Source: a virus
Lineage: Duplodnaviria; Caudoviricetes
IMG/VR virus record: IMGVR_UViG_3300028805_000041
Location: 64,001 to 128,000 of that record
Length of the DNA stretch: 64,000 bases
Strand: one strand, 5' to 3'
Made by a program: the position numbers and the translations under genes. The notes below the pieces were generated by a model that ran no database searches, was not told the origin of the DNA, and worked only from the letters and a program-made list of their open reading frames with translations. Shown here in pieces: positions 58,334 to 64,000 of the stretch (its first letter is position 1; each line of letters starts with the position of its first letter).

Positions 58334-58522
58334 TTATTCACACACATCTACAGTGTCGAGAGCCAAAGTGTCGACTGCTACAGTGTCGAGAACGACGCTG
58401 TCGACGGCAGTTGTATCAACAGCAATAGAATCATTGCAAACGGCAGGACCGTTTTGGCATCCCGTGCAAGCTGTCATACACATTGCGATGGCAGCAATTG
58501 CTAAAATAAAAATCTTTTTCAT
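58334..58522 (-). CDS. Small Bacteroidota-type lipoprotein with D(S/T)x repeats
   Basis: MKKIFILAIAAIAMCMTAC lipobox; DSIAVDTTAVDSVVLDTVAVDTLALDTV; TATATTTG at 58577-58584 (minus). Confidence 0.75.
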   Translation of the reverse strand: MKKIFILAIAAIAMCMTACTGCQNGPAVCNDSIAVDTTAVDSVVLDTVAVDTLALDTVDVCE

Positions 58523-58584
58523 CTTTTTTTTTTATTAATTTTCTTTTTAATTAGTTTTTATTTTCATTAAACATATCAAATATA

Positions 58585-58992
58585 CTATAATTTTTCAAGA
58601 AAGATGTAATTTTCAGGTATTTTTTCATCTTCTTTTATGAAATTGTTATTGATCAAAGTTGCAATCATTATCTTACGGTATATTTCATACTGTTTTTTAG
58701 ATAATATGTTCTTCATACACTTTAGGTTGTTTCTAACCGCATATGGAACATATTTTTCGTCTTCCTCCGTATAGGCTTTCAGCATATTTGCCTTGAAATT
58801 AGCCCAATATAAATCAGTCCAATAGGTTTGTCTATCTGTCAGCCTCAGGCAGTTTGCCACTCTTTCAGGTGTGGCTTTCATCACGTATCTGTCTTTCAGT
58901 TCAATATCTTTAAATGTAACATCATTCGCTAATGATGCAGTGTTTATTGCTAATAGTGTTGCAATCATAATGACAAGTTTCTTCATATTCAT
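58585..58992 (-). CDS. Secreted helical protein resembling a Prevotella/Bacteroides conserved family
   Basis: Signal peptide MKKLVIMIATLLAINTASLA; L.LT..Q, AV..NL..M..IL...QY..Y.....TL.N pattern. Confidence 0.55.
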   Translation of the reverse strand: MNMKKLVIMIATLLAINTASLANDVTFKDIELKDRYVMKATPERVANCLRLTDRQTYWTDLYWANFKANMLKAYTEEDEKYVPYAVRNNLKCMKNILSKKQYEIYRKIMIATLINNNFIKEDEKIPENYIFLEKL

Positions 58993-59212
58993 CTCTTTTT
59001 TTCATCTTTTAGTTATTGATATGCCATCAACACACATAAAGAACCGCCATTTTGAATTTTTACATTCATATAATACTTACGAAGATATACAAAATAGTAA
59101 TCAGAAAACAGACACAAATAACAATAAATGGGCATCTTTTTGACTTATGTCAAATAATCTAAGAAAAATACAAAACAAAAAATGCAGTCAACTAAAGACT
59201 GCATTTCTAATG

Positions 59213-59797
59213 TTAGAAACCCATATTGGATTCTAAAAAACTCTCGATATTTTGGGCAAATTCAAAAATTTTGTTAGCATAGATTTTTGTTTCACTAACA
59301 TTCCCTGATAATGCCGCCATTTTCATTTTTTCACTGTATTTCGATATCTCATCTCCATAATAGTCCATTTCCGATTCGTTTAATACCCTATTTATAGATT
59401 CTGAAATTATATTAGAAATAACAGATTCCGTCAATTTTATCTTCTTTTTCATATTTCTTTTGTTTTCATTAAATAACTTTACTCCGTCAAGTTCAAGTTC
59501 GGGTGATGTCGGCTTGTTGTTCTGTTTTTGAATTTTTTCCTCTTCCTTTGCCTTAACCCTACCTGTCACTTCCGCGTCAATCTGTTTGAGTTCTCCGATA
59601 AACCTTGTCATCATATTAACAGCATTCCGTCCGTCGAACATTGAAACCTCAGCCCCATTGATATATTTCTTTCTCGGTGTAAGTCCCTTATTTAAAAGGA
59701 AACGGTATAATGCCTGTCCGTTTGGCTTGTATTGAGAATTGTTGATATCATCAAATTTTTTTATTATTGACGCTATCGTCATATATGTATGTTGCAT
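59213..59797 (-). CDS. Late protein with internal copy of the shared leader
   Basis: Internal MKKKIKLTESVISNIISESINRVLNE (ATG 59452); N-term basic domain; TATTTAT at 59818-59824 (minus). Confidence 0.65.
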   Translation of the reverse strand: MQHTYMTIASIIKKFDDINNSQYKPNGQALYRFLLNKGLTPRKKYINGAEVSMFDGRNAVNMMTRFIGELKQIDAEVTGRVKAKEEEKIQKQNNKPTSPELELDGVKLFNENKRNMKKKIKLTESVISNIISESINRVLNESEMDYYGDEISKYSEKMKMAALSGNVSETKIYANKIFEFAQNIESFLESNMGF

Positions 59798-59844
59798 AAA
59801 TTACATAATACTTTATTATAAATATCATTTTACCACAACTAAAA

Positions 59845-59876
59845 TTTGGCCAATTCAAAAAAATATTGTATTTTTG
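59845..59876 (+). promoter_or_regulatory. Bacteroidota housekeeping-sigma promoter (-33 TTTG / -7 TAnnTTTG)
   Basis: TTTG 59845-59848, 20-nt spacer, TATTTTTG 59869-59876, upstream of the RNA ligase. Confidence 0.75.
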
Positions 59877-59905
59877 CACTGAAATTAACTTTAAAATAAA
59901 AAAAT

Positions 59906-61705
59906 ATGAGTGTTTTACTAACAAAAAGTGACTCCTTTAAGGGAGAGTATTGTTGCAGTGTTGTGAGAATTGGAGAACTTACTCCAATCGAAGGTTCCGA
60001 TTTTCTTGCCAAGACAGATATTCTTGGAACACAAATCGTAGTTAGAAAAGATCAAGTTTCCGAAGGACAGGTAATGTTCTATTCGGGAAATGAAACTGCA
60101 CTTAATACCAAGTTCCTGTCCGTTAATAATCTGTTTGAAATTGGATGCCGTGATTTGAACGCCAATGCGGACGAAGTTAATGCTATTATGGCGGAATACG
60201 ACAAGAACTACCGTGCAGAAGCGGATGCCCTGCGCTCAAGGGCAAAGGACATCAAGTCAAAGATGAATTCCCTGACTGCAAATGCCGCAAAGTACAACAA
60301 GCAGATTAACAAGTTGAAGAAAGAACTTGAAGTAGTTGATCAAACACAAGAGGAAAGAGTCTCAGCAATTAATGCTGATATTTCTGAAAAGCAGGAAAAG
60401 GCTGACTATGCAACCTCTAAGGCTATGTCGCTTACTGTTGAATATACAAATCTTAAAAATAAGATAGAAGAACTCGTAAATGCGGGAAAACATATTGTAG
60501 ACGAGGCTAAGACTCATTGTGGCTTCTTCAACAAGTATGGGAGAGTGCGTTGTATTACGCTGAAGGGTGAGCCTTCATTCGGTTTCGTATTCGGAATTGA
60601 GGAGATGGCTAATTTCTGTCCCGAAGTGAAGGAACTCAATCTTGAGGACTACGTAGGCGAAGATTTCGACACGGTAAATGGGGAGTTGTTTGTAAAGGCA
60701 TATGTTCCGCCAATCAAGCCACAGAGTGAGGGCAAGGGTCGCGGAGAGAAGAGAAGTAAGAAACTTTCAAGATTTGACCGTCTTGTTGAGGGTGAATTTG
60801 CATTCCATTATGACACCGCTCAATTGGCTAAGTGTATGCATATGTTCTCCGCAAATGACGAGTGTGTTATGTCCGTAAAGTTGCACGGCACAAGTGCTAT
60901 CTTCTCCAAACTGCACGTAAGGGAACCAAAAAAGATTGCTTTCTATAAGCGGGTTTGGAATTGGCTTGTCGACAATACGGGTCTATTTAGAAAAACACGC
61001 TTCATTGACTACAATATTGTTTATGGTCCTGTTTACTCATCAAGAACCGTCATCAAGAACAGATATATAAATAAGGAAGTTAGTCAAGGTTTCTATTCAA
61101 AAGACATTTGGACAGAATATGGCGATATCATTTATCCTTATCTTGACGAGGGTATGACGGTATATGGCGAGATTTGCGGCTATATCACAGGTTGTCAGCA
61201 GATGATTCAGAAGCACTATGACTACGGATGTCAGCCCGGTGAAAACTTCATTATGTTCTACCGCATCTCTACCATAGGTGAAGACGGAAAGAAGAGAGAG
61301 TGGGAAGTTGATGAGGTTTATGATTGGACAGTAAAACTCATTGAGCGAATGAAGGAAAACAATGATGAGAACTATAAGAGGGTTCATCCGATTGATATCC
61401 TTTATCAGGGTACACTTGCAGAACTTTATCCTGAACTTGATCCGACAGAACATTGGAATGAGGAATGTCTCAAGAAGATGAAGGCTGATAAGGAACATTT
61501 CGGAATGGAGGAACTCGAGCCTCTCTGCAACAATGAGGTTCCAAGAGAAGGTTTTGTGCTGAGAAAAATTGGAAGTGAATTACCAAGTGCTTGGAAGTTG
61601 AAGAGTTGTGCATTTGCATTTAAGGAAGCCCTTCTTATTGATGCGGGTGAGGTAGATATGGAAATGATGGATAATTACGGAGATATTGCACAGGAAGAAA
61701 AATGA
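59906..61705 (+). CDS. ATP-dependent RNA ligase (Rnl2/DRB0094-like) with coiled-coil insertion
   Basis: VVRI....PIEGSD.L N-term, KLHGTS (motif I), VYGEI, REGFVLR, WKLKS. Confidence 0.88.
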   Translation: MSVLLTKSDSFKGEYCCSVVRIGELTPIEGSDFLAKTDILGTQIVVRKDQVSEGQVMFYSGNETALNTKFLSVNNLFEIGCRDLNANADEVNAIMAEYDKNYRAEADALRSRAKDIKSKMNSLTANAAKYNKQINKLKKELEVVDQTQEERVSAINADISEKQEKADYATSKAMSLTVEYTNLKNKIEELVNAGKHIVDEAKTHCGFFNKYGRVRCITLKGEPSFGFVFGIEEMANFCPEVKELNLEDYVGEDFDTVNGELFVKAYVPPIKPQSEGKGRGEKRSKKLSRFDRLVEGEFAFHYDTAQLAKCMHMFSANDECVMSVKLHGTSAIFSKLHVREPKKIAFYKRVWNWLVDNTGLFRKTRFIDYNIVYGPVYSSRTVIKNRYINKEVSQGFYSKDIWTEYGDIIYPYLDEGMTVYGEICGYITGCQQMIQKHYDYGCQPGENFIMFYRISTIGEDGKKREWEVDEVYDWTVKLIERMKENNDENYKRVHPIDILYQGTLAELYPELDPTEHWNEECLKKMKADKEHFGMEELEPLCNNEVPREGFVLRKIGSELPSAWKLKSCAFAFKEALLIDAGEVDMEMMDNYGDIAQEEK

Positions 61706-62847
61706 AATGGCTAAAGAATTTATTTAAAATAGGAATGAAGACATTCCCAAAGGATACGTCTTGGATGCTTAATGATGACTTGTCCGTCAACGTTAAGAAT
61801 GTCAGGCGTTGTAGGGAATTTGCCGTATTGAAGGAGACAAACCAAAATAGGATATTCCATAACGAGGGGAATGTTTGGAATCATACAATGCTGGTTTGTA
61901 AAGAGATGCACAAGATTATCAATGATGAACTGTCTCATTTGAGTAATAGGGACAAGAGAGTATTGATGATTGCCGCATTGTGCCATGACCTTGGAAAGGC
62001 GACAACAACCTATTTTGACAAGAATGAAAAACAGTGGCATTGTAAGAACCACGGTTTTGAGGGTGAGAAAATCACGAGAGACCTTCTGTTTGATGAACCT
62101 GATATTTGGTTTAGGGAGGAAGTGTGTTGGCTTGTAAGGTGGCATATGTCATTTCATTATCTTCTGCAAAAGGGACACAAAGAGAGATATGATGAGTTAA
62201 CGAGACTTGCACAAGGCATTTCGACAATTCAGAAACTTTTGTGGCTTAATGTCGCCGATAGTCTTGGTTCAAAGTCTGAACATAACTCAGAAGAACTTGT
62301 CGAATATCGATTTAATGAGATAAAGGATTTGGCTGTTGCAAATGATTGTTACACGAAGCGATACAAGCAGTTCAATAGCAAGGGAAGTTTCAATATGTAT
62401 TTGATGATTGGCGTTCCCGGTTGCGGTAAGGATACATATATAGAAAATATGTTACCAACCCTTGAAAACATATCAAGGGATGACATTAGGGAAATAATTG
62501 CATACGGTGATGTGAAAGGCAGAAAACTTTTACTCGAAAACAGTGAAGAAAAAAATGTTACTGATATTGTGAATTCTCGTATAAAGAAATGTTGTGAAGA
62601 AAAAAGGAGTTTCGTTATCAATCAGACAAATATGAAAAAGAAATACCGTACAGAATTAAAAGAGACGGTACTCAAATATGGAAAACCAAATATCATATAT
62701 GTTTATATTGAGGCACCTTCATTGGATGAATGTAAGAAAAGAAGAGGAAACGGAAAATGGGATGGAATAATTGACAGAATGTGGAAAAGTTTTGAGTTTC
62801 CCGATAAGAGTGAGTGTGATAATTTGATTATCTATAAACAGAAATAA
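61702..62847 (+). CDS. HD-phosphoesterase + polynucleotide kinase (AAA_33) RNA end-healing enzyme
   Basis: HNEGNVWNHT, ALCHDLGK, H...G; kinase GVPGCGKDT, ISRDDIR, NQTN...R; ATGA overlap with the ligase. Confidence 0.85.
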   Translation: MKWLKNLFKIGMKTFPKDTSWMLNDDLSVNVKNVRRCREFAVLKETNQNRIFHNEGNVWNHTMLVCKEMHKIINDELSHLSNRDKRVLMIAALCHDLGKATTTYFDKNEKQWHCKNHGFEGEKITRDLLFDEPDIWFREEVCWLVRWHMSFHYLLQKGHKERYDELTRLAQGISTIQKLLWLNVADSLGSKSEHNSEELVEYRFNEIKDLAVANDCYTKRYKQFNSKGSFNMYLMIGVPGCGKDTYIENMLPTLENISRDDIREIIAYGDVKGRKLLLENSEEKNVTDIVNSRIKKCCEEKRSFVINQTNMKKKYRTELKETVLKYGKPNIIYVYIEAPSLDECKKRRGNGKWDGIIDRMWKSFEFPDKSECDNLIIYKQK

Positions 62848-62850
62848 GTA

Positions 62851-62878
62851 ATGAGCGGCCAAATAAATGACCGCTCAT
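62851..62878. terminator. Hairpin terminator between convergent genes
   Basis: ATGAGCGG-loop-CCGCTCAT. Confidence 0.65.
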
Positions 62879-62906
62879 ATTGTTTTCTAAAGTTTAAATT
62901 TTTGGT

Positions 62907-63395
62907 TTAGTAACACAAAATAGCATAGTCTATTACCAGTGTGGCGGTAATATCAGCAAGTTCGTCATCTCCATAGTCGAGAGAACCGAAATTACATTCA
63001 GAAATCCATGCGTTTTTCAGAATCCATTTTTGTACACAAACGCCTGTTGGGTCAAGCATTTCGAGTTCAAGGTCTCTCTTGTAACCCGCAGCATATCCCT
63101 GACGACCTGTAACGGATTCTGATGTAAGACGTACCCATTCCATAAGTGCCTGTGAAGCCGATGGAGCAATCGGGTCGCGGAAAGTTAGCTGAATAGTACC
63201 CCACGTATATCGTCCAACAACATATGTTGAAGTGTTAAGGAATTGGATTTCCTTTGATTGTTGTGTAATAGTTGGTCTTGCAGCCGACTTCAAAAACCAT
63301 TCTGAGATGCCGAGATCACTTGGAAAACGTACAACCCATCTATTTTTCCTCAACGGTTCAAATTGAAGCGGCATTTTGGTTAGTAAGTCACTCAT
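62907..63395 (-). CDS. gp19: Tail tube protein (gp19-like)
   Basis: FEP.RKNRW, YV.GR.TW....TFRDPI.PS..QALMEW, YKRD..L.MLDP.G....W.L...W, LDY; TATTTAT at 63434-63440 (minus). Confidence 0.9.
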   Translation of the reverse strand: MSDLLTKMPLQFEPLRKNRWVVRFPSDLGISEWFLKSAARPTITQQSKEIQFLNTSTYVVGRYTWGTIQLTFRDPIAPSASQALMEWVRLTSESVTGRQGYAAGYKRDLELEMLDPTGVCVQKWILKNAWISECNFGSLDYGDDELADITATLVIDYAILCY

Positions 63396-63456
63396 ATTTC
63401 TTAAAATTCTTTTTTTACATTTATTATTTTACTATAAATAGACAAGACTGACAAAA

Positions 63457-63825
63457 TTACATATTATTTTCTTCGTTCTTTTTGTCGTTTGCCTTATCTA
63501 TCATTGTGAATACCTTCTTAAGAACCTCATATTGGGGGTCTTCAGGTGTCTTGCAGAGACGAACCATGCCTTTAAGGGCAATTTCACGAATCATATTGAT
63601 TGGGGAATCTTCTTGTTGTAACTCAGATTCAATTTCAGCATCCTCAGGTTTAACATCACCCTGTGGTTGTTCTACCGGTGCCCCCTCTTCAGAAAAGTTT
63701 TGTCCCTCAAGACCTTCATTTTCGTCATCGTATTCGTCTGCGAAGGCTAAAGACTCATTGATGGTTCTAATTTTAGAACACATGTTCTGTATCTCACCAA
63801 AATCTTTTGTAAAGTCCTTTTTCAT
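63457..63825 (-). CDS. Acidic late protein (possible prohead core protein)
   Basis: TATTTAT at 63849-63855 (minus); MKKDFTKDF...IRTINE N-term. Confidence 0.55.
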   Translation of the reverse strand: MKKDFTKDFGEIQNMCSKIRTINESLAFADEYDDENEGLEGQNFSEEGAPVEQPQGDVKPEDAEIESELQQEDSPINMIREIALKGMVRLCKTPEDPQYEVLKKVFTMIDKANDKKNEENNM

Positions 63826-64000
63826 ACCTTATTCAATATTATTTTATTATAAATACTTAATTCTATTAAAAATAATGTATTTACATTGTTATTTAAATGA
63901 TTTATTTTATATTAAATAAATATCCAAAAAGTGTGAAATATTGCAAGAAAAGGGGAATTGTTTATCTTCTTGGCGATTCTTTGAATGAAGGGGTCTTCAA

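Noticed and set aside
13026-59206. Several hairpins sharing an AATGCA/TGCAT(T) stem base (13026, ~28632, ~58259, ~59181) as a repeat family
   Set aside because: Loops and upper stems mostly differ and all sit at gene ends; ordinary terminators explain them.
806-63919. Numerous antisense or overlapping short ORFs in the supplied track (e.g. 806-1033, 5099-5620, 26632-27141, 63482-63919)
   Set aside because: They are shadow frames of real genes (Ser/Phe-rich mirror of acidic codons), with no promoters or motifs.
1-64000. Stop-codon recoding (TAG=Gln, as in Lak megaphages)
   Set aside because: Core genes are full length in code 11, and TAG is used as a true stop (MCP 4234-4236 followed by a terminator; also 8102, 34685, 40360).
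1-64000. CRISPR array or tRNA genes
   Set aside because: No repeat-spacer array or cloverleaf with T-loop found by eye. The 54-bp repeats at 36144-36602 are coding and have no spacers.

Overview
A 64-kb piece of a large T4-like (myovirus) jumbo phage genome, read in genetic code 11. The host is very probably a Bacteroidota species such as Prevotella: there are TAnnTTTG host promoters, no Shine-Dalgarno sites, and BspA, FISUMP, M23-LysM and lipoprotein genes of Bacteroidota type. Morphogenesis genes (prohead protease end, scaffold, major capsid, TerL, portal, neck gp13/gp14, gp15-like, sheath, tube, baseplate/fibre proteins) are scattered over both strands. They are mixed with a gp55-like sigma factor, PolB, an SNF2 helicase, five glycosyltransferase genes and an RNA ligase + HD/PNK repair pair. 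Two features stand out. (1) A TATTTAT motif lies ~20-40 nt upstream of nearly every late/virion gene; it is the reverse complement of the T4 late promoter core. (2) A ~20-25 aa amphipathic leader (I/L-T/S-E-x-x-L-x-x-I-I-x-E-S/A-I/V-x-x-V-L-x-E) is shared by about ten otherwise unrelated proteins and resembles a helix of the scaffold protein. Its carriers include three ADP-ribosyltransferase-fold proteins, an AEP-like protein and a WYL protein; an adjacent ArdC-N-like protein has a second leader type. I interpret this as a modular capsid-packaging tag that loads anti-host effectors into the head for protease maturation and injection. All family calls come from motif recognition by eye; no database searches were run.
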